A stretch of 64,000 nucleotides of DNA from Octopus vulgaris (lineage: Eukaryota): NCBI GenBank assembly GCA_951406725.2, contig OX597830.1:43338001-43402000 (forward strand). Direction: 5' to 3'. Below the pieces are notes generated by a model, which made no database searches, was not told where the DNA came from, and saw nothing but the letters and a program-made list of their open reading frames with translations. The position numbers were made by a program, and so were the translations under genes. Every line of letters starts with the position of its first letter. Within the stretch, counting starts at the first letter, position 1. Positions 10,760 through 23,344 of the stretch are shown here, piece by piece.

Positions 10760-12536
10760 CTGACTACACCCCTGCCCCAGGTTGCTCGCCTGACTAAACC
10801 CCCTGCCTCAAATTGCTCGCCTGACTAAACCCCTGCCCCAAATTGCTCGCCTGACTACACCCCTGCCCCAAATTGCTCGCCTGACTACACCCCTGCCCCA
10901 AATTGCTCGCCTGACTAAACCCCTGCCCCAAATTGCTCGCCTGACTAAACCCCTGCCCCAAATTGCTCGCCTGACTAAACCCCTGCCCCAAATTACTCGC
11001 CTGACTACACCCCTGCCCCAAATTGCTCGCCTGACTAAACCACTGCCCCAAATTGCTCGCCTGACTAAACCCCTTCCCCAAATTGCTCGCCTGTCTAAAC
11101 CCCTGCCCCAAATTGCTCGCCTGACTAAACCCCTGCCCCAAATTTCTCGCCTGACTAAACCCCTGCCCCAAATTGCTCGCCTGACTACACCCCTGCCCCA
11201 AATTGCTCGCCTGTCTAAACTCCTGCCCCAAATTGCTCGCCTGACTAAACCCCTGCCCCAAATTGCTCGCCTGACTAAACCCCTGCCCCAAATTGCTCGC
11301 CTGACTAAACCCCTGCCCCAAATTGCTCGCCTGACTAAACCTCTGTCCCAAATTGCTCGCCTGAATACACCCCTGCCCCAAATTACTCGCCTGACTACAC
11401 CCCTGCCCCAAATTGCTCGCCTGACTACACCCCTGCCCCAAATTGCTCGCCTGACTACACCCCTGCCCCAAATTGCTCGCCTGACTACACCCCTGCTCCA
11501 AATTGCACGCCTGACTACACCCCTGCCCCAAATCGCTCGCCTGACTAAACCCCTGCCCCAAATTGCTCGCCTGACTACACCCCTGCTCCAAATCGCTCGC
11601 CTGACTAAACCCTCTGCCTCAAATTGCTCGCCTGACTAAACCCCTGCCCCAAATTACTCGCCTGACTAAACCCCTGCCCCAAATTGCTCGCCTGACTAAA
11701 CCTCCTTCCTCAAATTACTCGCCTGAGTACACCCCTGCCCCAAATTGCTCGCCTGACTAACCCCTTCCCCAAATTGCTCGCCTGACTAAAGCCCTGCCCC
11801 AAATTGCTCGCCTGACTAAACCCCTGCCCTAAATTGCTCGCCTGACTAAAACCCTGCCCCAAATTGCTCGCCTGACTAAACCTCTGCCCCAAATTGCTCG
11901 CCTGACTACACCCCTGCCCCAAATTGCTCGCCTGACTACACCCCTGCCCCAAATTGCTCGCCTGACTACACCCCTGCCCCAAATTGTTCGCCTGACTACA
12001 CTCCTGCCCCAAATTGCTCGCCTGACTAAACCTCCTGCCTCAAATTGCTCGCCTGACTAAACCCCTGCCCCAAATTGCTCGCCTGACTACACCCCTGCCC
12101 CAAATTGCTCGCCTGACTAAACCACTGCCCCAAATTGTTCGCCTGACTAAACCCCTGCCCCAAATTGCTCGCCTGACTAAACCCCTGCCCCAAATTGCTC
12201 GCCTGAGTACACCCCTGCCCCAAATTGCTCGCCTGACTAAACCCCTGCCCCAAATTACTCGCCTGACTAAACCCCTGCCCCAAATTGCTCGCCTGACTAA
12301 ACCCCTGCCCCAAATTGCTCGCCTGACTAAACCCCTGCCCCAAATTGCTCGCCTGACTAAACCCCCTGCCTCTAATTGCTCGTCTGACTAAACCCCTGCC
12401 CCAAATTGCTCGCCTGACTACACCCCTGCCCCAAATTGCTCGCCTGACTACACCCCTGCCCCAAATTGCTCGCCTGACTAAACCCCCTGCCCCAAATTGC
12501 TCGCCTGACTAAACCACTGCCCCAAATTGTTCGCCT
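10760..12536 (+). repeat. 30-bp minisatellite, ~59 units, consensus CTGACTAAACCCCTGCCCCAAATTGCTCGC
   Basis: Directly visible tandem array with A/C variants and a few 31-bp units; it produces the (SQASNLGQGF)n ORFs on the minus strand. Confidence 0.98.
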
Positions 12537-12679
12537 TGTGGCTCAATTAGAAGCTATTATTGTGATTTTTGTTAACGTCGTTGTTTCTCATTTACAGGTC
12601 TTATCACCCTTTACTGAATCGGCCTACAAGCGTTCCAACCATGACTAAGCCGATGTTTTTTTAAGCATCGCACACAAAA

Positions 12680-12900
12680 TATTGGTTTCAAATTTTAGCA
12701 CAAGTCCAGCAATTTTGAGGAAGGGAGTAAGTCGATTGCATCGACCCCAGTACACAACTGGTACTAATTTTATCGATCCATTTTATCGATGAAAGGTAAA
12801 GTAGACCTCAGCGGAATTTGAACCCAGAATGTAAAGACGGACGAAAGGTCGCTAAGCATTTTGTCCGGCGTGTTAACAATTCTGCCTGCTCGCCGCCTTC
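12680..12900 (-). mobile_element. SINE family A
   Basis: Reverse complement of AAGGCGGCGAGCAGGCAGAAT...GGGTTCAAATTCC core. Confidence 0.8.
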
Positions 12901-14306
12901 GTGCATCTAATTTTACATTACTCTAAGTAGCCGTATATCTCACCTGTTTTAAGACCATGGTGTGTGACGAGGTGAATGTGTTTTCTATTTCTAGCGGACT
13001 CCCATGCCGGCGTCTCGTTGATGTCGCTACAGTTGCAGTTTCTGCTGCTGTTGCAGTTATTGCCCTTAGCATTTTCTGTTTTGTTTTTTTGTTTACTTTT
13101 ATACAAAAGGAAATGAGAAAAATGACAGAAATACCAGCGTTAATATTGATTTTCATATTTGCCAAATGGAATATAAATTTTAAATGATCTTTTCGTTTTC
13201 AAAAAGATAGAAAATTATTTATAATCAAATCAGATATACTACGTTGCTTTGCATCTTTTTTCATTTTTTTGTCTCATGGACAAAACAAAACGAAACTAAC
13301 TCACACACACACACACTCACATACTCGTTGTGTTGAGCCCTCCTGAGCCCAGTCAGGAAGCTTAATCCTTCCTTCCTAGAACGTCGACCTTCTGGAAGTC
13401 CCTTCCAGCCCACACCTTCTAAGTGTTGACTTAAAAAAGTTTCAGAAAACCATTAATGGACACAGTCTCGCTAATCCAGAAGGGCCTTCGAAGACCCTTA
13501 TAGATCAAGTCAGTAAAAGGTGGAGAAAGGTGCAAACATGCAAGGAGTACTAATAAATCAGTTAACGTCCCCACTGAACCCTTTATTAAACAACGGGCCG
13601 TTAGGAAATCTCAAAAGAAGGTTAATACTTCCAGCGAGGTGGCTAAATGGTTTGTAAAGCTGCCGTCTTTTAATGACGGAATTCGCCAGGAGATTCGCTG
13701 GAAAGACTGAGTATGCAGCTGGAGCATTACTCTTTTACTCTTTTATTTGTTTGAATCATTTAACTGCGGCCATGCTGGAGCACCGCCTTTAGTCGAACAA
13801 ATCTACCCCAGAACTTACTCTGTTGGGAGATTGTAATTCACAGTTCCCGATCTCAACAAACTCTACATCCACCGTTCGCAAACTGAACAGCCACGTTAGA
13901 GAACTCATTCCCCATTTATACAAATGCTTGTACGACATGGCTCCAAACATCCGCAGCTACGTTGTAAGCAAAACATCAGTCGCCAACAACACAACAGAAA
14001 GGAAGGTTAGCTTTTAAAATTGAATGAATTAATTTGAATTTATATTTACCTCACCAGTGGAATAATAAATAAAACAAGCAGAAAAAGAAAGTTAAATCTA
14101 CTTAATATTTGTTCTAACTTAGAATAAAAGGCAGAAAAGCATATACTTCACAGATAATTCATAATTTAATTATGCACTACAGCGTTTTTAAGAGAATAAA
14201 AACACTATTATTTAAACAATTATCTTATTACGAAATAATAAACAAGAATTAAATTAATTTATTCCACAAGAATTTAACTGCATTGTAATAATGTATTTAA
14301 GTTTAA

Positions 14307-15924
14307 CCCTTTGAATCTGCGAACACGCTTTATCCAGTGTGATTTTCTTTGACCCTATCCCTGGAAGCGAAATTCTTACTGGACCCCAGTAATGAACTCA
14401 TTTGCACACAGCCAATCAGAGCTCATCTTGACCTTGTTGCCAAGTTAACAAAGGTTGGCATTCAAAATGGCGACCTCTGATTGCTATGCGAATATTGTAT
14501 TGTGCTCTCATTCAGATGCCAATATTATCGATATTGAACACATACGCTGAGATTGTGCTGACCGTGACGACGACTGCATGGAGTCGAACGATCAAAAAAA
14601 TGAAAATGACGGAGCTGACTGCGCGGATATGGCAATTTCAGATAGTAAACGCGATTATGTGACAAATCCACGGCTAGAAAGTTTACACTAGTAACGCTCT
14701 CTTCAAAACTCATTTAACACACGGCAAAATTTTGATACACGCGGTTGCACATCAAGATCAAGTACTGAAGATAGAAGTGACCCAATAAGGAATGAGCTAA
14801 ACAAACCTTTTCTTGCTTTACAACAAAGTTATGTTCAAGACAAATAATTCCTTTGGAGACCAGTGAAAACATTCACCAAGCAACTTGCGAAACTAACTTC
14901 TGGAACAGATAATGCGTTAGCTTCTGCGCTTCACTATCTTGGTCAGTACTCTGGGGTGGAACATGCTCTTGGCAGGTTAAAACGAAAATCTCTAATGCGG
15001 ATTTTTTTTTCTTACAAACGAAGATCTCTAGTCAGTATGAAGACAATTGGTGTGCAACCAACTGCAACATCCAGGAGAAAGATGGTTGGTGGTGGCAGGA
15101 ACCGCATCGGTACTGGCAGACCGTTGAAGGATTGTTTGAAAGGGTTGAAAGAAAAGGTGCCGTTCAGCTCTCAGATTATGCCGAGATGCAAATACCAACA
15201 TAACTTTCGTGAATGTGTTAGAAACAACCAATCTCTTCACAAAATACACTCTACCAAGTAAACTCAAGACGAAGAACGGTTTTGTAAGTCGACCGATTAC
15301 TAAGTTATGCCTGATTTTAGAAGGAGACAAGTAATTAGATAGATTTGCATCTATGCCTATTATCGGATTTTGTTAGGGCCCCTTATAGTAAAGACGTGGA
15401 TGGGAAAAATGTGGGTAGAGGGTGATGCGCTAGCAACCCTCTCCCCTCACTGTTTTACAAAGTAAACAACACAAATAACTTCGCAGAGGCAGCCATGGTT
15501 GAAACAAGAACAAGAACAACAAGCATTCTTAAAAGAGAAAAGAAACATGGTCATTCCTTACCCATGTGACCTTGTCTTTTATTCTTAAATACCCATAAAG
15601 GACTTATAAAGAGGGACAATCAAGTGACCTTATCTTATCTCCCATCGCTTGTTATGTTCTCATAGATTAGTTTGATAGTTGAGCTCTGATTGGCTATATG
15701 CAAATGAGTTAATAACTGGAGTCCGGAACACTCGTGGGAAAAACATTTTCGTTCCCTGGAAGACATAAAGTTGTCGGCCACAAAATATTGTGCTTTTTTT
15801 TCTCTCTGATCGGCCGAAACATCGTTATTTTCAGTCGTAAAAACAAAGCCATTTTTGCGTCTTCCAAGATTATCATAGCCAAACGAAATCGTGCGCGCTA
15901 AAGCGTACTTGCAGATTCAATAGG
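14307..15924 (+). mobile_element. TTAA-flanked TIR DNA transposon (internally deleted)
   Basis: TTAA|CCCTTTGAATCTGCGAACACGCTTTA versus TAAAGCGTACTTGCAGATTCAATAGG|TTCA. A second, subterminal IR pair lies at 14378-14427 / 15680-15726. Confidence 0.7.
14863..15261 (+). pseudogene. C-terminal remnant of a transposon-encoded protein
   Basis: 132-aa non-microsatellite ORF inside the TIR element (ASALHYLG...IGVQPTATSRRK...GRP...HNFRECV); resembles tails of invertebrate transposase-like proteins from memory only. Confidence 0.45.
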
Positions 15925-16269
15925 TTCATGATGCGTTATTATTTGAGCTCTTAAATACCCTGAATATACTTTATGATCTTTATACACCAGTCTACTATAT
16001 AGATTTATTTTAATCTATTCATCTATTCAATAATCCAGCAAAAGTTTCCAAATTCACAAGATCGGATAAATCTGTAAATGTAAATGTCTTCCGTAGCCGT
16101 TGCGCATTTTATTGTGAAGTGTTTCTAGTTCACTACATAAATCCGTAAATATTACAAGGTGAAAAAAAAAAAAAAACAGAAGGACTCGTTAATTTTGGTG
16201 TACTGCTGCTATTAAAGTCTAGCAGTTATTAAAGAATGTGCCAATTAGATGCATATATAGTGCCTTTAA

Positions 16270-16696
16270 TAATCCTTCCTGCTACAGGAGGAAGGCCTGA
16301 AACTTTAGAAGAAGGGGGTTAGGCGTTAACATTGAGACCGCTGCTTAATTGGTGCTTGTTTTACAGCCCCGAAAAGGATTTAAGCAAAGTTCATCGGCGG
16401 AATTTGAACTCAGAACATAAGGCTTTCATCCTGCGTGCTAATGATCCTGTCAGTTCGCCACCTTAATATTATCTCTTTAATAATCCTTTCTACTGGAAGC
16501 ACAAGGCCACAAATTTGGAGGAAGGGATTAAGTCGGTTACATCAACCCGTGTGTGTAAGGAACTTAACTTATCGACCCCGAAAGGATAACAGGCAAAGTC
16601 GACTTCGGCAGAATTTGAACTCAGAACATAGCGGCAGACGAAAGACCGCTAAGCATTTCGCCCGGCGTGTTAACGGTCCTGCCAGCTTGCCGCTTT
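16270..16696 (-). mobile_element. Two SINE family A copies
   Basis: GGAATTTGAACTCAGAAC (reverse B box) at ~16400 and ~16612, with flanking core sequence. Confidence 0.8.
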
Positions 16697-16939
16697 AATA
16701 TAATCTCTTTAATAATAATACTTCAAATTGTACCTCTGGTTAAACATATTCATAAATCTATTCACATTTGCTAAACTCCTCACCTAGAAGGATAAGCTTG
16801 GTAAGTATTGTATATAACCCCATATCGTACCAGTGAATGCTGTCTTAGGTTTTTGAAGAAGGGTATCTGGAATGCGAGTGTGTGTGTGTGTGCGCGCGCG
16901 CTCTCACAGATATATATATTTACATATATACACACAAAT

Positions 16940-16974
<35 letters not shown>

Positions 16975-17098
16975 CTCACACATGTACACACGTATATATA
17001 GAGAGAAAGGTAGTATACTTGGTACACATGCACATATTTGTAAATATACATACATACATACATACATATATGTGTGTGTATATATATATACATGTGTA

Positions 17099-17220
<122 letters not shown>

Positions 17221-18099
17221 GCACATATATTATTGCAAGCATATTGTAAGCGTCTACGTATTTTGGAAGCTTCTAGTGTTGCTAAAAACGATGTAAATTT
17301 GTGCCAGTAAAAACTCTTCGAAGGTAAATATAGAAAGAAGGAAACTGAAATAGTTACAATTTGTTCGCGTGATCTCTCTTCATCTCGTGAACGCAATGTG
17401 TTCACGTGAAGAAGAGAAACTGAAAAGCGGCGAGGATGGGGAGGGGTTAATGGTAAGGTGAATTGGTGAGAAAGAGAGAGACAGACAGACAGACAGACAG
17501 GTGAAGAGAATGCGCGTGGTTTTCTTTTCGGTTTACCATTATTGGAGCTCGTCATGACTGTACCCCCTCCCCTGGCTTTTCAGTAACATTAGATTTTTAT
17601 TGTCTTCCCCGTTTGGCTTCATAGTTGTTACAAATCTCAACCACCATCTGAACAAACAAATAAACAAATAGTACGAGCGGTAGCAGCACCAGGAAACGAA
17701 CTTGCTATACTTTTGTTTGCATTATAAGAACCAGTAAGGCGGCAAGATGGCAGAATTGTTACCATACCGGACAAAATGCTTAGAGTTTCTTCCGGCTTTA
17801 TACTCTGAGTTCAAACGTCTCCGAGTTTGACTTCGTCTTTTATCCTTTCGGGGTTGATAGAATAAATAGCAGTTGAGCACTGGGGTCAGTGTAATCGACT
17901 AGCTTCTTTCCCACCACCCAAATTTCGGGCCTTGTGCCTTTAGTAGAAAACCGGAATTATAAGTGTAGGTCAAGTGGTGAGGTGGCAGTAAAAACACTTA
18001 TTTAAATAATTACCATGTTCCGTAATAATAAACAAGAATTAAATTAATTTACAGTATTGTAATACGCAGGCGTGGCTGTGTGGTAAGAAGCTTGCTTCC

Positions 18100-19483
18100 G
18101 TGCATGTGTCACCCAGAGTACATCTGGTTTGTCGTTTCTGTGCAAGTCGGACGTTTTTTTGTGCTGCTTTGAGGGTAGAGATGATGTGCTCAGACTTTAG
18201 CGGGTCAGAGTTGTCTTCAGCAGAAGAGGAGCAGGTAAGGGCTGTCATAAAGATGGACGGAGTGCTGGAAAAGACAAGGACTTGCTGAGGCCACGGAGAT
18301 GAAGCGAAGGGAGTTGGACTTGGCTGGTCTAATGGAGTATGAGAATATGGTGCAGAAAGTGGGAGTTGAAGTGAGGTTGTCGCCCCCCACCACCACCACC
18401 AGAGGCCGAGCAGGTGGAAGCTGAAACAGAAAAGGCGCTAAGGGAGCAATCAAAAGGAATAGTATACATAATTAGAGGAAGAAGATATAGTAAAACGGTC
18501 ATCCAATTAAGGACAGTAGGAGAGGCGAGGAGGCTGGCGAGTGTGGCGGTGAAAACAGCGGAAGTAGTGCTTCTGCCCACATACCGTGGAAGAAAGACTT
18601 CCAAGGTAAGGGTAGAAGCAATCTCACCTGATATAGAAGTAGCTTGGGTGGCAGCGGCTGTCCTTGTTGAAAGTGAGGAGAAAGTGGTTGTCCTTCAAGC
18701 CACAGAAACGGAAGAAGGAGGTTGGAAAGGGAAGATATTAGAATTAATCATACAGACGGAGGAGGCACTAGTGGAGAGTTTTGCAGAGACGCTGACGTTG
18801 AGGGAAATTGTGCTGAGAGTGTAGGTAGATGGCAAAGTACCACGTTGTTTTAAATGTGGCCAAAATGGACACATTAGAGCATACTGCCCTCTACAGAGGA
18901 CAATAGCAGAGGAAACAGTTGTGGAGCCGGAAGAGAAAAGAGAGAAAGAAAAGACAGACGGAGGAAAGACGGAAAAGGAGGAAGAATGGAGAGTAACAGA
19001 GAGTAGAAGGAAAAAGAGAAAAAAAAAAGAACACTGAGTATGATGTGGTACCCCAGTCCAACTCCCTCCCATCCAAGACCACTCAGACCCACCCTCCCCA
19101 TACAGACACCAAACCCACCCACCCCATTTTCCCACAAGAAAAAAGAAAAAAAGAACAGACACCTCACAATTTAGAAGACCCCTCCCCCGGTAAAAACGGT
19201 TACGAGAGAGTGCAGTCATGGAGCGATAGTGGAACTGAAAGAGAAACTAAAACGAAATTAAGACTCAGAGGTTGCGAGTGGTGTTTGCTCAGTGTGGGGT
19301 GAGTAGCACACTCTTCATATTTTCATTTCCAACTATCACACGTTATCATAATTTTAATTTGTTTTTCATGTTCATTTTCATGTGTCATTCATAATATCAG
19401 ATTTTATTTTTATATATTTTTAATTGTTATATGTCCCCACAGGTGTTGTAGTGTTCCCTCTATGTAATGCCTTTATGGCAAAA
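18100..19483 (+). mobile_element. ORF1-only (gag-like CCHC zinc knuckle) non-LTR retroelement remnant inserted into a SINE
   Basis: ORF 18414-18824 continues past a TAG as VDGKVPRCFKCGQNGHIRAYCP (C-x2-C-x4-H-x4-C); A-rich end; SINE B head at 18065-18099 resumes at ~19485. Confidence 0.7.
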
Positions 19484-19484
19484 A

Positions 19485-19603
19485 TATGGTTCTGGGTTCA
19501 GTCCTATTGCATGGCACCTTGGGTAAGTGTCTTCTGCTATAGCCTCGGGCTAACCAAAGCCTTCTGAGTGAATTTGGTAGACGGAAACTGAAAAAAGACC
19601 GTC

Positions 19604-19648
<45 letters not shown>

Positions 19649-19905
19649 TGTATATATCTGTGTGTACGTGTTTGTGTGTGGGTGTTTCTGTGTGTGCATG
19701 TGTGTGTGCGTGTGTGCTTGTTCCTCCACGGTGTTGTTGCGCTTACGTCCCCGTAACTTAACGGTTTGATAAGAGACCCGATAGAATAAGTACCAGACCT
19801 AAAAAAAACTAGCTCTGTGGTCAATTTGTTCGACTAAAACCCTTCAAGGCGGTGCCCCAGCATGGCCGCAGTCAAATTACTGAAACAAGTAGGTGATAAA
19901 AGATA
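19485..19905 (+). mobile_element. SINE family B body (head displaced to 18065-18099)
   Basis: GGGTTCAGTCC B box, CACCTTGGG(C/T)AAGTGTCTTC CORE-like block, internal (TA)n(TG)n and 3' module. Confidence 0.85.
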
Positions 19906-19989
19906 TTATAATAATGTTTTTAGATTTAAGCCTTTGAATCTGCGAGTCCGCTTTATCCTGGTAGACAAAAGCGGGAGGCCACAAAATAT

Positions 19990-20527
19990 TCTTTTCTATT
20001 CTAAGCGCAAGACCCGAAATTTTTGGGGAGGGGGCCAGTCGATTAGATCGATCCTAGTACGCAACTGGTACTTAATTTATTGACCTCGAAAGGATGAAAG
20101 GCAAAGTTGACTTCGCAGAATTTGAACTCAGAACGTAAAGACAGACGAAATACTGCTAAGCATTTCGCCCGGCTTGCTAACGCTTCTTATTTCTTTGCCC
20201 ACAAGAGCCAAAACAAGGACATACAAAGGGATTAAGTCGATTACATCGACCCCAGTGCGTAACTGGTTCTTAATTTATCGACCACAGAAATACTTATTTC
20301 TTTACTACCCACAAGGGGCTAAACACAGAGGGGACAAACAAGGACAGACAAACGGATTAAGTCGATTACATCGACTCCAGTGCGTAACTGGTACTTATTT
20401 AATCGATCCCGAAAGGATGAACGGCAAAGTCGCCCTCGGCGGAATTTGAACTCAGAACGTAGCGGCAGACGAAATACCGCTAAGCATTTCGCCCGGCGTG
20501 GTAACGATTCTGCCAGCTCGCCGCCTT
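19990..20527 (-). mobile_element. Multimeric SINE family A
   Basis: Two reverse B boxes (~20120, ~20441) and three core repeats. Confidence 0.85.
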
Positions 20528-21821
20528 CTTACCACACAGAAGCAAGCTTCTTACCACACAAAGACGCCTGCGTCAATGTCTAAGAAATAAGAAAAAATTA
20601 AGTGGGTTGTCACAACTGGAACGGTGGCGCGGTGTGAGTTTTGGCCACCCTGTGCCGTAGCTATATTGGTTGCCCTACTTCCTAAAACGTAACATACTTC
20701 CGACTACAGCAAAAACCCGCCGTCACGTGCAGTCTGCACACCCCGCACTACACTGCCGAAATTGAATGCCTTTATCCCGTGTCCATACGAATGGATCCTA
20801 GATAACAACCAATAGATATTTTAGTTGCTTGGCTGTCAATATAGCGCAAGACCAGAATACCAACCGTCATCCCCTTGGCTGGCTGCCGATAGTCTTATCC
20901 ACTCTACGACCTACTTGTGAGTTGAAGATAAATATGTATGAAACAATGGTTTATTGATAGTTGTTAAGTACGCAAACTAGCAGACAGACAGGTGTAGTGA
21001 TATTTTCATGTAGATAGATAGGTAGATAGTTCAGTTGGTAGATTGGTAAAATAGCGAAATAGGCGAGACAGGTAAACAGATACAAAAATACACAGACAGG
21101 TAAGTAGGTAAGACTCTCTCTGTCTCTGTCTGTCTGTCTCTCTCTCTCTCTCTTCCCTCCTCTCTGTCTCTCTCTCCCTCTCTTCCCCCTCTCTCTCTCT
21201 CTCCTCGCTTGGTGAGGTGACTGCATGCGTAGCAGGGTTGAGAAGCGTGATACAAGAATCAGGACATTTTGATGTAGCATCAAAACTGCTTGGCATCCCT
21301 GGAGAATGCAGCATGCAACATTGGTGGACAACTCTTCTCTGCAGAATTCCTCACAAAAATAGACGATCATCGTTGGAAGTGATTTTCACGATGCAGAGTA
21401 ACGTTAAAATAAACTCGACAAGCTCGTAGACAGCATACACTAGGCACAAACAAAAATGAACAACCGACTAATGGCGTGTAAAGATGTATTACAACCATAC
21501 CTCTAAATTATTGATGTAATGTCTGCGTTAAGTACGGCAATACACGCCAACACCACTTCATTCTGAAGATGAAACCATGAGTATCAAGAAATATTGATGT
21601 AGCTTTTGGGACTGTTTCTTGTTCTAAAGAAACTGAGTCACTCCTTCGAAAATAAGAAAAATTATTCCAAAAAGATAAAACTGGATCACAATTGTATTTC
21701 CAATACAAATCTAACAGAAAATTGTTCTCGTCCATCCATTCATCCACCCATACATATACACATGCATCGATACATACAGGCTTCTACATTCAGATTATAA
21801 TTTCACATTTATAATAATAAC

Positions 21822-21998
<177 letters not shown>

Positions 21999-22300
21999 GA
22001 TATGACAGGTTAGCTTGGAAGTTAAGCAGTTGTGGTCGATGAAAAACTGAAAAAGGTGATAATAGTACCAATAATTGTCGAAGCCCTGGGAACAGTGAGT
22101 AAAAATCTTGAGAAGTACGTGGAACAAATAAAATAGGGGCTGAAATAAGGGTGAAGCACTTGCAGAAAACAACACTGCTTGGAACAACTCGAATACTCCG
22201 GAAGGTGCTCGAAAAATAAGAAGTGTTACCTAAGTTCACTGGTAGTGAACAGCTGACATCGTAGTACATCTCCAGCGTTAGAAATTGTGCAAAGGCAACA
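21999..22300 (+). mobile_element. R4/Dong-type non-LTR retrotransposon 3' fragment in (TAA)n
   Basis: Decayed frame IVPIIVEALGTVSKNLEKYVEQI...LQKTTLLGTTRILRKVLEK*; (TAA)n on both sides. Confidence 0.8.
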
Positions 22301-22335
22301 AAAACAACAACAACAACAACGACGACGACGACGAC

Positions 22336-22425
<90 letters not shown>

Positions 22426-22429
22426 AATA

Positions 22430-22650
22430 ATTGGTGCGTTTGGCTTGTGGGTAAATTCCTAACTGACAATCTGGATAAATTTGGATTTTCAGAAAAAGAA
22501 ATCAACCAACTGACTCGTAGATCACAAATACAAGCTGTGAATGCGACAGTAAAAATTACGAGACATCTCTCTAGTTTAAAATATGACATTGTTTGCTTTA
22601 TCCGCATTCAAATGATAAAGTTTAGTATCTTTGCTAAAAACTAACTCCTT
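22430..22650 (+). mobile_element. Second R4/Dong-like 3' fragment (different family)
   Basis: IGAFG...LTDNLDKFGFSEKEINQLTRRSQIQAVNATVKIT begins immediately after (TAA/TGA)n. Confidence 0.55.
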
Positions 22651-22672
22651 CCTCAGAGGAAGAATTTAAATA

Positions 22673-23010
22673 CAATTGCAGCGTGGAAGGTGTTTATAAG
22701 CCATTTAAGAAACACACAAAAACCGTTAGATTCACTTCAACATTTAAATTTAATTTGCCAAAATATTTCTGTCGCTTTCAAACCGCGATCTGTTCACTGG
22801 CAAAATTCCGTGTTGCATCTGGATTTTGTTAGTGAACAGGTCGCGGTCTCAAAGCGACGAAAATATTTTGGCAAATTAAATTTAAATGTTGAAGTGAATC
22901 TAACGGTTTTTGTGTGTGTTTTAAATGGCTTATAAACACCTTCCACGCTACAATTGTTTCAACACACGATCTCAGTTCAGGTCACTTCCTATGCAAATAA
23001 ATCTCCGTAA
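22673..23010. mobile_element. Fold-back element with a variant hammerhead in each arm and a 13-bp target-site duplication
   Basis: ~140-bp near-perfect inverted arms 22673-22810 / 22819-22956; AAGAATTTAAATA at 22660-22672 and 23011-23023. Confidence 0.85.
22825..22875 (+). ncRNA. Type I hammerhead variant with G3-C8 core (mirror copy 22754-22804, minus)
   Basis: TTTG(C/T)(C/T)A-GTGAACA-G-GTCGC-loop-GCGAC-GAAA-ATAT-TT-TGGCAAA; stems I, II and III all form. Confidence 0.6.
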
Positions 23011-23077
23011 AAGAATTTAAATAATTAAAGCAGAAAAGAACATGTTTGCATGCATATACGTATGTGGGTGTACGTGT

Positions 23078-23114
<37 letters not shown>

Positions 23115-23148
23115 AGATAGAGAGAGAAAGAGGGGAGAGAAAGAAAGT

Positions 23149-23192
<44 letters not shown>

Positions 23193-23344
23193 AAGGATTG
23201 TTCCTAAGTAATACAAAAGTTGGCAGAGCTTTTAATAAAAAGAAGCATTATGACATTGGCCGTTTAAATTGCACACGTTAGAGTAATACTTCTATACAAA
23301 CGTATGGCTAGATATTACAAGCGATGCATTTGCGCCATTGTGAA

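Noticed and set aside
10760-12536. CRISPR array or repetitive structural protein gene
   Set aside because: Units are contiguous with no unique spacers and no cas genes; 31-bp units break the frame; no ATG start or splice evidence.
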